Shown here in pieces: positions 1 through 10,439 of a DNA stretch of 64,000 bases. The notes beneath the pieces were generated by a model. The model was not told the origin of the DNA. It searched no databases and was given only the letters and a program-made list of their open reading frames with translations. The stretch comes from an uncultured Halobacteriales archaeon. Lineage in GTDB: Archaea > Halobacteriota > Halobacteria > Halobacteriales > Hikarchaeaceae. The stretch lies in the NCBI GenBank assembly GCA_964510865.1, contig CAZEDI010000001.1, positions 2,297-66,296 of the forward strand, given 5' to 3'. Every line of letters begins with the position of its first letter. Position 1 is the stretch's first letter. Both the position numbers and the translations under genes were made by a program.

Positions 1-1
1 C

Positions 2-529
2 CGATCTGCGTCGGACGAAGAACCTCATGCGGTAGCTTTCGGAATCGGAGCGGCGATCGAGTTGTTCGAATCCGTATTGGCTACCCCAAACCGTGTCGGC
101 CTGGCGACAATCGGGCATGACGTGAGTTGGCTCAATCCTGGGGGAACACGGGAGCAGAGTCAACGTGCACGGCAGTTGCTCGCGACAGTCCCGGGACGTC
201 GTCCGTCGGACTGGGAGTCGGATTCGACTGCGTGTTTCACTGAGCTCAGGCGACGGCTGCCACCAAACGCACAGGTGGTCCTTGTCTCCCCGCTCCCTGA
301 CGGCAAAACGACCGAAGCAGCCTTCACGCTTGAAGCAGCCGGCCATGCAGTTGTTGTCGTTTCTCCCGATGTCAGCAATAGGGAGACGGTCGGTGCCCGG
401 TTGGCAACCGTGGAACGTTCACTACGCATCTCAAAACTTCGCGAGGCGGGAATCCCTGTAGTAGACTGGCACCCGGACTCGCCGCTAGGAACGGAGCTTC
501 TGGACGCAGAGGAGCGGTGGTCGGGGTGA
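2..529 (+). CDS. DUF58-family (vWA-like) MoxR partner protein, 5'-truncated by window edge
   Basis: Frame is open from nt 2. C-terminal VVLVSPL..D, VVVVSPD and G(I)PVVDW motifs are typical of haloarchaeal DUF58 proteins. MoxR lies nearby. Confidence 0.75.
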   Translation, partial: RSASDEEPHAVAFGIGAAIELFESVLATPNRVGLATIGHDVSWLNPGGTREQSQRARQLLATVPGRRPSDWESDSTACFTELRRRLPPNAQVVLVSPLPDGKTTEAAFTLEAAGHAVVVVSPDVSNRETVGARLATVERSLRISKLREAGIPVVDWHPDSPLGTELLDAEERWSG

Positions 530-1218
530 CCACGACACGTCCGACCCGGCTGAGTGCTGCACTGGCTGTCGGTATTGGCTGGCTCGCGGTGCTTCTCCTC
601 TCTCAGCATCCCATGCAACGAGTGGGGTTAGGCGTGCAACTCGTCGGACTCAGCATCCTTCTCGTCGGTGTCGGTGGGTGGGTATCGACAACCGGTCCTG
701 ATCATCCGATAATCGGCGCTATCATGGGTGCCATGAGTGCCGTTATCGTACTCGTCGGTGGCGGAATTGCGATCGCTGGCCACCCAACAATTAGTGCTGT
801 CGGTGAGTTTATCCCCGGATACGTCGGTGTCTTAGTACTCACCCTCGGCGTAGCACGTGTCCACCAGGGAACAGAGCGAGCTCTGGTGACCGCTGGAACA
901 TCGCTTATTCTTATTGGCATCGGGATGGGCGCAATATTCTATAGCTCGTCGGTCACGGCCCAGCTCGCGGCGGGTGTCGCTGCCATTGTCGCATGGGATC
1001 TCGGTGAACAAGCAGTTAACCTCGGCGAACACGTTGGCCGACAGCCGCAAACACACCAGGTGGAACTCGCACACTGCCTGGGGACACTTGCTGTCGGGAT
1101 ACTGGCAATATCCCTCGCTCTTGGCGTCCGAAGTTTCAATATAACCGATATCCCACTCGCGGCACTGCTCGTTCTCTTGGCAGCCGGGCTTACACTCGCT
1201 GTGTCGCTGTATAATTGA
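517..1218 (+). CDS. Multi-pass membrane protein of MoxR/DUF58 clusters
   Basis: 233 aa with about 7-8 hydrophobic segments and a WDLGEQAVNLGEHVG motif; overlaps the DUF58 stop. Confidence 0.7.
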   Translation: MVGVTTTRPTRLSAALAVGIGWLAVLLLSQHPMQRVGLGVQLVGLSILLVGVGGWVSTTGPDHPIIGAIMGAMSAVIVLVGGGIAIAGHPTISAVGEFIPGYVGVLVLTLGVARVHQGTERALVTAGTSLILIGIGMGAIFYSSSVTAQLAAGVAAIVAWDLGEQAVNLGEHVGRQPQTHQVELAHCLGTLAVGILAISLALGVRSFNITDIPLAALLVLLAAGLTLAVSLYN

Positions 1219-2161
1219 TAGTCGGCACTTCGATATCTTCGGTGAGATCGTGGATCACGTCTTTCTTCTCCACACCGTTCACTCGTGCGTCTGCGGTGAG
1301 CACGAGGCGGTGAGCCAAGACCGGTTGTGCGAGCCGCTTGACGTCCTCCGGAGCAACATAGTCCCTTCCCTGACTCGCAGCCTTGGCCCGGGCCGCCTCG
1401 AACAAGCGTTGTGTCCCCCGTGGGGAAACGCCACCTTCAACTCGTTCATCAGTGCGCGTCCTGCGTGTCAGGTCGATCAGATATTTCTTGATTTTGCGAT
1501 CCACGTAGACTGACTCAGGTGCGTTTCGAATCGTCTCAACGGTTTCGACCGAACAGATACGATCGACAGATGGCGTCCGTTCTGTTCGATCTGCCCGGGC
1601 ATCAAGTAACTCGAGTTCACCAGACTCGTCCGGAAACCCGAGCGACGTTTTTACCGCAAAGCGGTCTTTCTGTGCCTCAGGCAAGGGAAAGGTTCCCTCC
1701 TGTTCGATCGGGTTCTGCGTGGCCATCACGAAAAATGGATCGGGCAGTTCGTGTGTTTCCCCATCGACGGTCACTTGTCGTTCTTCCATCGCCTCGAGTA
1801 GTGCTGCCTGCGTCTTTGGTGAGGCCCGGTTGATCTCATCGGCTAGGACGACATTTGCAAAGATGGGTCCTGATTGGAACTCAAACTCGCCGGACCCTTC
1901 GTTAAAGACGTGAGTCCCCGTCACGTCGGAGGGAAGGAGATCTGGTGTAAACTGGATCCGTGAGTAGGAAAGTCCAAGCACAGTCGCGTAGCTCCTTGCT
2001 GTAAGCGTTTTCCCCGTTCCCGGGACGTCCTCCAATAGAACATGTCCCCGAGCCATAAATCCCACGAGGATCGTCCGCAACACCTCGGAATCGGTGATAA
2101 CCGCGCTTCCGACCTCAGCGAGGATTTCCTCACACCGTTCATATACCGCGTCGACGTCCAT
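1190..2161 (-). CDS. moxR: MoxR-family AAA+ ATPase
   Basis: Walker A EDVPGTGKT, RIQFTPDLLPSD, Walker B LADEINRA, ATQNPIEQEGTFPLPEAQ.DRF. Confidence 0.95.
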   Translation of the reverse strand: MDVDAVYERCEEILAEVGSAVITDSEVLRTILVGFMARGHVLLEDVPGTGKTLTARSYATVLGLSYSRIQFTPDLLPSDVTGTHVFNEGSGEFEFQSGPIFANVVLADEINRASPKTQAALLEAMEERQVTVDGETHELPDPFFVMATQNPIEQEGTFPLPEAQKDRFAVKTSLGFPDESGELELLDARADRTERTPSVDRICSVETVETIRNAPESVYVDRKIKKYLIDLTRRTRTDERVEGGVSPRGTQRLFEAARAKAASQGRDYVAPEDVKRLAQPVLAHRLVLTADARVNGVEKKDVIHDLTEDIEVPTINYTATQRV

Positions 2162-2320
2162 GGTGCCCTTCTCTGGTCGCTGCGCTTTGTTATCGGCCAG
2201 CTAACACGCCGACGGCATCCATGCCTGAACGCGCCCTCGATGAAAGGCATCTCCTTTAGCCATGGATCACCTGGAACCTTAGCACTCTGGTAATTATCTG
2301 TTTCCTCTTCGTACATACAC

Positions 2321-2668
2321 ATGGCTATGAGTAACGACCCGAACGATCGACAGACTCCCGAAAACGACGAATCAGCTGAAACCTCGTCACATCTTGATGA
2401 CGACACGAGGAGGGGGAGACATGAGTCAGAAGAACCGGCTGGGCTCGCCGGGTGGTTTAGCGAGACAGCTGTTCGGTTGATCCTTGCCTTCGTGGGGGTC
2501 ATCCTTGTGCTCCTCGCTATCGGACAACTTACGGGATACGAGGTGTATGCATGGATGGCTGAGTTCGTTTCGTCACCCCCGGGCCAGTGGGTTGCCGTCG
2601 CACTCATCGGTCTCGTACTCGTCATCGTGGCGAGTAAGCGATGGGGGCTGGCAGGCCACTCGCAATAA
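2321..2668 (+). CDS. Small membrane protein (acidic N-tail, two TM helices)
   Basis: 115 aa ATG ORF filling an intergenic gap, with two hydrophobic stretches. Confidence 0.7.
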   Translation: MAMSNDPNDRQTPENDESAETSSHLDDDTRRGRHESEEPAGLAGWFSETAVRLILAFVGVILVLLAIGQLTGYEVYAWMAEFVSSPPGQWVAVALIGLVLVIVASKRWGLAGHSQ

Positions 2669-2745
2669 CGTTCTTGCAGGTGACGGATATGGCCTTCTCC
2701 CCCGTTAACGACCGATTAAGCACGCCTGCGAAGGCCGACTTCGAC

Positions 2746-3207
2746 TTAGTCTGGTGGGAGTCGAACATGATCGAACCAAAATGTCGCAATAGACTTCGCG
2801 AGTTCAGTGACCGCGTCGGGATCGACGGGTTTTGTCAAGTAGGCATTGGCATGAAGGTCATAGCTTCTCTCCATGTCGCCCGTAGCACGGGAACTCGTCA
2901 ATACGAGCACCGGAGTAGACCGGAGGTCGTCATTACTCTTCATTACGGCGAGGACGTCGAAGCCGTCGCCCCTCTGTAAGTTCAAGTCTAGGAGAACGAG
3001 ATCTGGATCCGGAACCGAGTGGAATTCGTCCAAGTGCAGCAGGTACGACACCGCCTCTTCGGCGTTCCTGACGTCATGCAACGTCACGTCGTGGGACACC
3101 TCATCGAAAGCCTCCTTCATCAGCCTGACGTCGCCCGGGTTATCTTCGACCAGGAGTATATGAAACTGCTCCCGTGACCCGTCCTCTGTTTGCGGATTGT
3201 CAGCCAT
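2746..3207 (-). CDS. Stand-alone response regulator (receiver domain, Rcp1-like)
   Basis: ILLVEDNPGD, phosphoacceptor VLLDLNL, VLVLTSS, ANAYLTKP. Confidence 0.93.
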   Translation of the reverse strand: MADNPQTEDGSREQFHILLVEDNPGDVRLMKEAFDEVSHDVTLHDVRNAEEAVSYLLHLDEFHSVPDPDLVLLDLNLQRGDGFDVLAVMKSNDDLRSTPVLVLTSSRATGDMERSYDLHANAYLTKPVDPDAVTELAKSIATFWFDHVRLPPD

Positions 3208-3543
3208 CTACAACAACCCACAAATCAGGTGGTCCAGTGACGGCGTCAGTCAGGCCGGCACCTATGTAATTTTCAGCCACCTCCGGGACATGTATTCTGC
3301 AGGATACGGAAGAAGATTGTACACCTGCCATCGTGGGAGTGGCGATGGTTTTCACTATCTTCTGTAATTGGGATGGTTTGAGGACACACTCCCAACCGGT
3401 GATCCTCACTGGGGCTGCGAACAGGGAGGACGGAGTCATGAGCGTCTCGTTGTGAGATGTGTAAAACGACCGACGATGAGCCAATAATTATTCGGCGGGT
3501 AATCACAGACCAGGGATCAACCAGATTGAATACATATGGGCAG

Positions 3544-4350
3544 TTATCCCATTCTCGACACCGCCCATCGGCTGAATCGAACACAGACCAAACCGACGAA
3601 CATTCCAGCAATCACATCCACCCCCCAGTGAATACCGAGGTAAATCGTCGAAATCAGGACACCAAGAGTCAGTACAATCGTGATCGGTACCCAACGCGGA
3701 TAGTACTCACGCGTTGCCCATGCGAATGCTGCGACGGTCACCGAGAGCGAGGAGTGAAGCGAGGGAAATACGTTCGTGTTCGTATTTATCTGACTCGTTA
3801 GCACGTGAAATTCGGGATGGGCTATATAGAGTAACGGTTCGACCTGTCCCGGCAGGACGTTTCTTGGTCCATATGCGATGATGAACGTATACAGGACAAC
3901 CCCGATCACATAATTCGTCACGTAGGCGACCGTGAGCTGCTTGAATGGGCCATTATCGTCGAGTGCGAAGTACGCTACGAGCGGAAAGACGAGAAGAAAA
4001 ACATAGCCATATACGTAGAGAAATGAAAACACACCGGTGAGGGGAGGGCTAGCGACAGTCTGAATAAGCGCGACGAACTCTCGTTCCACATCGTAGATCG
4101 GTCCAGTAATGTTCCACCCGATCGTCCAGGAAAGCTCAGTACTCATCGTCCGAAGTGTTCGCGTCACTATGACGATGGCGCCGAGAAGGACCAGGTATGG
4201 GACCGTTTCGCGCACTCGCTGACCAAAGTTGGTATAGGTCAACCGAAGTCTATCTTTTCCGACGACGACAGCCGCCGCTGCTGCCGTCGCAATTCCGACA
4301 ACAGCGGCAATGTCAACCAGCAGCGAGACGATAACTGGTCCAGACGTCAT
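3544..4350 (-). CDS. PAP2-superfamily membrane phosphatase / IPC-synthase-like protein
   Basis: FPSLHSSLS and STIYLGIHWGVD motifs, multiple TM helices, ATGA overlap with the upstream gene. Confidence 0.85.
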   Translation of the reverse strand: MTSGPVIVSLLVDIAAVVGIATAAAAAVVVGKDRLRLTYTNFGQRVRETVPYLVLLGAIVIVTRTLRTMSTELSWTIGWNITGPIYDVEREFVALIQTVASPPLTGVFSFLYVYGYVFLLVFPLVAYFALDDNGPFKQLTVAYVTNYVIGVVLYTFIIAYGPRNVLPGQVEPLLYIAHPEFHVLTSQINTNTNVFPSLHSSLSVTVAAFAWATREYYPRWVPITIVLTLGVLISTIYLGIHWGVDVIAGMFVGLVCVRFSRWAVSRMG

Positions 4351-6278
4351 CGAACGAGAAGCTCACCGTCCTCGCCATACCGATAGCCAGCCCGCCGGAA
4401 GTGACCCCGAGCACGTGCCGGGTTTAGATCCCCGTCCTCGCCTGGAAACGGGAGTTCCGGGTCACGATCATCCCATCTTAGCCTGGTCGCCATCTCGTCG
4501 TGTCGAGCAAGGGGGCTCGACGCGGGTTGGGCATGCCCTTCAAAGGCGACCTCGACCAGGTATTCTTTGTCCAAAAGCCGAGCAACAGCACGACGAAACC
4601 GCGGGTTGCTCAGAGGTGATCGCCGTACGTTAAACCCCACGTGATAGAATCCAGTGGGGCGCTCCTTGATACACGTGATGGTGCTCAGTAGCGTCGATGG
4701 GACTTCTGATGGACGAACGGCCGAGGCTGTTCCGTCGACCGACCCATCGAGCGTGAGTGACACAGCCATTCGTGTACTGGGGACGACCTCGAATCTCAGC
4801 TGATCAACAGACGTAGAATTGTATGGTTCGAGGTGCGAATCACGAATTTCGCCATTGAGGAAGTGCTCCTCGTAGGAGACGAGCGTGAGGTTGACACCGG
4901 CGGTCCGATCACTGAACTGGAACGGCCCGCTTCCGACAGGTTGCGTATTCGGTGAGACGAGTGCTTCAGTCGCTGAAACATTCTCCGACAACCAGCGGGG
5001 GTCCGCAGGGCCTGTCCGTGATGCCCAGATATGCGCTGGGAGCACTGGCACGGTGAATGCATGTTGGGACACCCGGTCGGTGTTTCCCCCGAAGGAAAAC
5101 TCGACCATTTGATCGTCGACTGCTCGAACGTGGTTGACGAGCGAACTCCGACCACGGAATCGTGTTGCCGGCGTCGGCGTCTCGAGATCGCCGAGTGAGG
5201 TATCGGCGAGGAATCGATACGTGAACACAACGTCGTCTGCTGTGATCGGGGTGCCATCGTGCCAGGTAACACCGTCGCGAAGGCGAACACGTGCGGAGAG
5301 GGGCCCGTGTTCGGCGGACTCCCACCACCAGTCGGAAGCTAACCATGGGCGGACGGACCCTTCGATGACACGTCCTAATGGGTCATAGAGAAGCCCTGTG
5401 ACGTCATCGTCGTGGCGGTACTCGGCAGCGAGCGGATTCAGATTTCGCGTCATCCTGCTGTCAGTTGTTGCCATTCGAACTTCCCCCCTCTCCGCTCGTT
5501 CAGCCACGCTCGAAGCATTGCCTCGTTGTGATGTTGACGTCTCAGTACGCTCATCGGCTGGAATATGAATCTCCTCCCCCGTTTCCGATCCTATTGCGGT
5601 ATCATCCGTGCCGTCACGATCTGTGGGTTTGAGCGATAGATATCCTCGAGCAGTATCGACGCCATTTTTGTCCCATTCGCTAAACCGATCTATTCGACAT
5701 ACCCGATGGTCAGTCGGGAATGCGACAACGGAGAACGGTTGGTTGTTGACAATGGACGTTTGAATATTCCAGAGTGTAGTCGTACGGCGTACCTGATCCT
5801 GTCGTCGTTGCACGGCCAGGAGATCATCCATGTCGAGGTCCGCGTACCCAAACGGATTCTGCCAACCAGCTTCAGGACCGAATCCTGAATGGAGCATCGT
5901 CCGAAGGAAGTCCGGGTCGACGCGTCCGGGCCAGCGACCGACGTACACATCGAAATCGTGGTTCAAGAGAACGTCCCGACGCAACTCTTCTTTGCTAACA
6001 GGAAGAATCCCAACGTCGATACCGACGTCCGCGAGACAATCAGCGAGAAACCGTGCGATGTGAATGGCTTGACGGTCTGTGTCCGCTGGGAGTGTTTTGA
6101 TGGTGAGTGAGACGTGTTCGGGCGAGTCATCATCAAAAGCTGCACCCACCCATCCGACACACCCTGCAGTTGCAACAGAGGCAACGCCAGCCGTGCCTTC
6201 CAGCAACTGCCTTCGGGACGGTCCGGTTCTCACGTCGGACTGCGTGCGTCCTCCGTGGGGGCGGGCCTCGCGCGACAT
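4347..6278 (-). CDS. ABC transporter substrate-binding protein, family 5 (peptide/nickel), Tat lipoprotein
   Basis: SRRQLL twin-arginine signal, TAGC lipobox, WHDGTPITADDVVFTY, PVGSGPF, RFRRAVARLLD. Confidence 0.9.
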   Translation of the reverse strand: MSREARPHGGRTQSDVRTGPSRRQLLEGTAGVASVATAGCVGWVGAAFDDDSPEHVSLTIKTLPADTDRQAIHIARFLADCLADVGIDVGILPVSKEELRRDVLLNHDFDVYVGRWPGRVDPDFLRTMLHSGFGPEAGWQNPFGYADLDMDDLLAVQRRQDQVRRTTTLWNIQTSIVNNQPFSVVAFPTDHRVCRIDRFSEWDKNGVDTARGYLSLKPTDRDGTDDTAIGSETGEEIHIPADERTETSTSQRGNASSVAERAERGEVRMATTDSRMTRNLNPLAAEYRHDDDVTGLLYDPLGRVIEGSVRPWLASDWWWESAEHGPLSARVRLRDGVTWHDGTPITADDVVFTYRFLADTSLGDLETPTPATRFRGRSSLVNHVRAVDDQMVEFSFGGNTDRVSQHAFTVPVLPAHIWASRTGPADPRWLSENVSATEALVSPNTQPVGSGPFQFSDRTAGVNLTLVSYEEHFLNGEIRDSHLEPYNSTSVDQLRFEVVPSTRMAVSLTLDGSVDGTASAVRPSEVPSTLLSTITCIKERPTGFYHVGFNVRRSPLSNPRFRRAVARLLDKEYLVEVAFEGHAQPASSPLARHDEMATRLRWDDRDPELPFPGEDGDLNPARARGHFRRAGYRYGEDGELLVR

Positions 6279-6647
6279 ACTCCGAATCCTCAGGCTCCGT
6301 GGTAACGCCAGAGGTCGACGCGTCGACAGACCCCCGACACTGGAGTGGTTATTCGCGTAGTGAAGGGCCCTCCCGGGATTGTCCCGCAGCTAGTGACTCC
6401 GAGAGTCATCCCCGGGACCTACATGCCCGGAGGGCCTTTATTACGACGGCCATAAGGAACGCAGACATGACGATAGCAACATCATACATCCTTAAAACGG
6501 ATAATTGGTGAAGTGTCGTTGTGTACTGACTATCCTGGAACAGGTATCGGTTGATGTCTTCTGCCAATTTTATCCGCTATCGAGGCCGTGTTGTTCTCTT
6601 ACCGGGGGGATAGGAAAGTGGCTGCCCGGATCAAATTCGAGGAACGA

Positions 6648-8021
6648 ATGAACCGTCAACGGGCACTTCGGCTACTCTTTTCGCTCGTACTGGCGGGAGC
6701 ACTCGTCCTACTAGGGCATAGTGCGCTTGCTGCACCGGGAGAGACTCGGTTTGGCCATGAGCAGGGAATAGTTGCCCCGCCGACGGAGAACATAACCGTC
6801 ATAACGACCGACTCCAACTCCTGGCTCGGTCGTGCTGACGGAGGGACCCGCGCAAACGCCGAGATCGTTGCACTTGCCCCTGATGGCACTGTTCTATATT
6901 ACAATGATTCCCACACACGATATTGGGACGTGGATCCTGTCGATGGGTCGCCAATGACAGTCGAGTATGTTTACGCAGACCACGTGTATGCGTCTGACTG
7001 TGGCGATGATGTTTGTACAGAGAACGGGATCGAGCGTCTTAATCTGTCGACAGGGGAGGTGACCTCCGTCTTTTCCCGTGTTACGCCCGGGAAGCATTCG
7101 ACACGATGGCATGACGTCGATAGACTATCGGAGACCCGACTGCTCGTCGCGGATATCGCACAGGACCGGGTATTCGAGGTCGATCAGGAGACGGGTATCG
7201 TGACGTGGGCCTGGAGTGCCCAGAGTGCATTCTCCGTACGGAATTCCGGTGGACCGTACCCATCGGATTGGACACACATGAATGACGTCGAGCACCTCGA
7301 GGACGGAATCGTGATGGCGAGCGTCAGAAACCACGATCAGGTTGTGTTCATCGATCCTGAACACGGGCTTTTGGAGAATTGGACTCTCGGCGCAGACGAG
7401 CAGTATGAGACACTGTACGAGCAGCACAACCCAGACTATATCCCCCGTGAACAAGGCGGCCCTGCGGTTCTCGTGAGCGATTCAGAAAACAACCGGGTCG
7501 TCGAATACCAGCGTGAGGGTGGTGAGTGGACTCGATCGTGGGCATGGGGGAGTGGCAGGCTATCCTGGCCGCGGGACGCGGACAGGCTTCCCAACGGACA
7601 TACATTGATCACAGATTCGAACGGGGACCGCGTTCTCGAGGTCGCAACGAACGGAACTGTCGTCTGGAGTGTCGATATCGCTTTTCCATACGAAGCAGAA
7701 CGCCTCGAGACGGGGGACGAGAGCACAAACGGTCCGTCAGCGTCGAAAGCTGATTTGCGTTCTCGTGGCAGAACAACTGTCGGCATCACAGTGAAGGAGG
7801 ACCCGTCCCGTGTCTCGCTCTTCGGGAAGCTGGAGTCACAGTTGACCGGACGGATCCAGAATGCATTCAGGTATATCCTGCCCGCTTGGGTCGGGCTCCC
7901 CGAACTCCTGGCGGGATTCGCTGCTGTCGTGACCGGGATCATATGGATTGTTACCGAATGGAAGTGGTCCACCTGGTCCGCAACGTTCCAGTGGCCGATT
8001 ACACTCACCCGAAACAAGTAA
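6648..8021 (+). CDS. Arylsulfotransferase (ASST)-family beta-propeller protein, membrane-anchored
   Basis: DWTHMNDV, EQHNPD and WPRDADRLPNGHTLITD motifs; N-terminal signal and C-terminal TM. ATG at 6648 preferred over TTG at 6588. Confidence 0.85.
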   Translation: MNRQRALRLLFSLVLAGALVLLGHSALAAPGETRFGHEQGIVAPPTENITVITTDSNSWLGRADGGTRANAEIVALAPDGTVLYYNDSHTRYWDVDPVDGSPMTVEYVYADHVYASDCGDDVCTENGIERLNLSTGEVTSVFSRVTPGKHSTRWHDVDRLSETRLLVADIAQDRVFEVDQETGIVTWAWSAQSAFSVRNSGGPYPSDWTHMNDVEHLEDGIVMASVRNHDQVVFIDPEHGLLENWTLGADEQYETLYEQHNPDYIPREQGGPAVLVSDSENNRVVEYQREGGEWTRSWAWGSGRLSWPRDADRLPNGHTLITDSNGDRVLEVATNGTVVWSVDIAFPYEAERLETGDESTNGPSASKADLRSRGRTTVGITVKEDPSRVSLFGKLESQLTGRIQNAFRYILPAWVGLPELLAGFAAVVTGIIWIVTEWKWSTWSATFQWPITLTRNK

Positions 8022-8190
8022 CACCCTTACGAGATGGCGATTGATTCCCTCGGATGGATGCGTCGCGGAGTAAGCACCCGTCACTCGAGAGGGATGTCTG
8101 TTCGCGCCCTATATTACCTGATGTCGGAACGACGTGGACGCCACGGGACAGTATCGTCTTGGACGCAGACGACCGGCCACCGAGGTATCC

Positions 8191-9831
8191 ATGGCTGTTG
8201 ACGTGCGGGACGAGCTTCGACGGAGCATCACGCCACCATATGTCCTTCCGCGGAGCCACCTAGTCTGGCTCGGCTCTGGCTTGGTCGTTGGGGCCCTTGT
8301 CGGGGTCTCGTACCTTCTCACACATCCGTATCCCGCCTATGGAGCGGGCCTGTACCTCGAGATAGCTGAACAGATTCGTGTCCATGGATATAGACTGCCC
8401 CCACGGATCCCCCACTACACAGATGGAGGAATCCCGTTTGCCTATCCGCCACTCTTATTTTATGTCACGGCACTCATCCTGGACTCGACAGGAATCGGTG
8501 CCATCACATATGCACGTGTTGTCCCCGTGATTTTCACTGTCGTCTACCTCGTGCCATACTATTATGCGGCCAGGGAACTGCTCGGTTCTCGTCCGAAGGC
8601 CGGTGTCGCGACTATTATACTCGCGACGGCTCCACCAGCACTACAGTGGCACCTCTCGGCAGGTGGGATTATCCGGGCTGGTGCATTCCTGCTCGCTATC
8701 ACTGGCATCTATACTGGGACGAAGCTCTTCAGCAATGGTGAACGGATGTGGATCGTTCCCTCGGCAATTTTATTTGGTCTCACTATTCTTTCTCATCCTG
8801 TCTATGCCCTCTTCTTCGCGACAACATACCTCGTCCTGTACCTCGTGTTGGACCATTCGATCAAGGGATTTCTCTCGGGTGCAGTAGTCGCACTCGGAGG
8901 AGTACTTATCGCGTTGCCCTGGATCTTGCATGTCGGGCAGCTCCACGGGTTCGACGTGTTCACCGCTGCTGCAGGAACACACAGCGGAATTGGTGGCGGG
9001 TTCCAGGTCGAACAGGTGCGCTCGGCTCTCGATGCAGATCCGAAAATCATCTTGTATGCGATCGGCATTCTCGGTGGGGTCTACCTCTTCTACAAACGTC
9101 GACCACTCCTTCCAGTTTGGGTCGTAGTTCTCGTGTACGTCGTTGGGAAAGGCCGATTCTATGTCCTTCCGGGGGCGATGATGGCAGCAATCTTGCTCCT
9201 TGATGTAATCGCACCCAGGCTCAGGCATCAGTCTCTCCGAGGCCGGCATGTCGGACCCGTTCTTGCGGCAGGGGCGATCATGTTTGTTGCGCTCGCGGCA
9301 GGCACGGGTTTGTTATTCGCAACGGGAACACTCCAGACACACGGTTCGACTGCGACGCAACCATCGTTTATGGACGACGCGGATCGTGATGCCATGGTCT
9401 GGGTCCGACAGAACGTCGATTCCGGTGCGGATTTTGTCGTTCTCGGTGATGCGGCGGAGTGGTTTCCTCTCCTCGCCGAGCGAACGATCCTCCTTGGACC
9501 GTGGGGTGTGGAATGGGTCTCATCCGAGGCGTATTGGCAACAGCTAACCCGGTATCGGGCACTCTCGCACTGTGAAACAGCCACATGTATCACCCGAGGG
9601 CTGGCCGAAGCTGGCGTTTCACCGGATTACGTGTATGTCCCCACGGGGCGATACACGGTACGGGGGTTTGTCCGGCACCAAGCTTCAGGGATGAAAGCAT
9701 CTCTCCACCTGTCAGATCGGTACCGACTAGTCTTCCAAAACGAGGGTGTGCTCGTGTTCGAGGTTCTCGAGGAATCCTCACCCCCTGCGTCGGCACTCCT
9801 GCCTAGGTATCCTCTCGCGGCCGACTGCTGA
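8191..9831 (+). CDS. GT-C fold (ArnT/GT39-like) membrane glycosyltransferase
   Basis: Polytopic protein with IPFAYPPL and EWFP...RTILL.PWG.EW motifs. ATG at 8191 follows GAGGT. Confidence 0.7.
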   Translation: MAVDVRDELRRSITPPYVLPRSHLVWLGSGLVVGALVGVSYLLTHPYPAYGAGLYLEIAEQIRVHGYRLPPRIPHYTDGGIPFAYPPLLFYVTALILDSTGIGAITYARVVPVIFTVVYLVPYYYAARELLGSRPKAGVATIILATAPPALQWHLSAGGIIRAGAFLLAITGIYTGTKLFSNGERMWIVPSAILFGLTILSHPVYALFFATTYLVLYLVLDHSIKGFLSGAVVALGGVLIALPWILHVGQLHGFDVFTAAAGTHSGIGGGFQVEQVRSALDADPKIILYAIGILGGVYLFYKRRPLLPVWVVVLVYVVGKGRFYVLPGAMMAAILLLDVIAPRLRHQSLRGRHVGPVLAAGAIMFVALAAGTGLLFATGTLQTHGSTATQPSFMDDADRDAMVWVRQNVDSGADFVVLGDAAEWFPLLAERTILLGPWGVEWVSSEAYWQQLTRYRALSHCETATCITRGLAEAGVSPDYVYVPTGRYTVRGFVRHQASGMKASLHLSDRYRLVFQNEGVLVFEVLEESSPPASALLPRYPLAADC

Positions 9832-10360
9832 ATAGCGCCGACTGGGCTCCAGTGAGCCGTGAGATGAGTGGCCGTGGATTTCGTGAATGGGTTCGACAAA
9901 GGAACGTAACGGCAAGCGCGGCGACACCGGCACCAAATGCGACATAGTTTGGAGTAGGATCATGAGAAAGGACAAGCCCGAGAGTGACGTTCCACTCACC
10001 GATCGGCGTGAACGGCTTGATCCCCATCGGTGTCACGACGTCTCCCAGTAAATGCAAGAGGACACCGACTCCCCCGAGGAGCCCATACAGCCCACATCGC
10101 TGAAGATTGCCCCTCTGGCAGATGAGAACCCCAACTCCACCGCCACCAAGTACCCCGAACCCTGCTGCCCATACCGTGTGCGTGAGTCCTCGATGGGCGA
10201 AGACATCGACATACAGATCAATGTCGGGTGCAAGTGATCCCCCGAAGAGAAGCAATCCGCAGACGATTGCGTCACGGTACCGGTCGGCCCACCACAGCCA
10301 CCCAAGGATTGGGGCGAACACGACTGCTGTGATCCCTATATGGCCGAGCGAGTTCATCAC
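9803..10360 (-). CDS. YdjM-like membrane metal-dependent hydrolase
   Basis: GH, PDID, HRGLTHT and HLLGD.VTPMG motifs. Confidence 0.88.
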   Translation of the reverse strand: MMNSLGHIGITAVVFAPILGWLWWADRYRDAIVCGLLLFGGSLAPDIDLYVDVFAHRGLTHTVWAAGFGVLGGGGVGVLICQRGNLQRCGLYGLLGGVGVLLHLLGDVVTPMGIKPFTPIGEWNVTLGLVLSHDPTPNYVAFGAGVAALAVTFLCRTHSRNPRPLISRLTGAQSALFSSRPREDT

Positions 10361-10439
10361 CCCGAGACGGGTCTGCCCCCACCTAAAGTGTCAGCTAACC
10401 GTTTAGAAACCGCCTTAGGTTACTCCGGGGTTGGTGAGT

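Noticed and set aside
1190-1218. MoxR convergent with, rather than co-oriented to, its DUF58 partners
   Set aside because: The arrangement alone implies no new function, and all genes look intact.
3208-3543. Possible histidine-kinase remnant next to the orphan response regulator
   Set aside because: No H, N, G1 or G2 box motifs in any frame.
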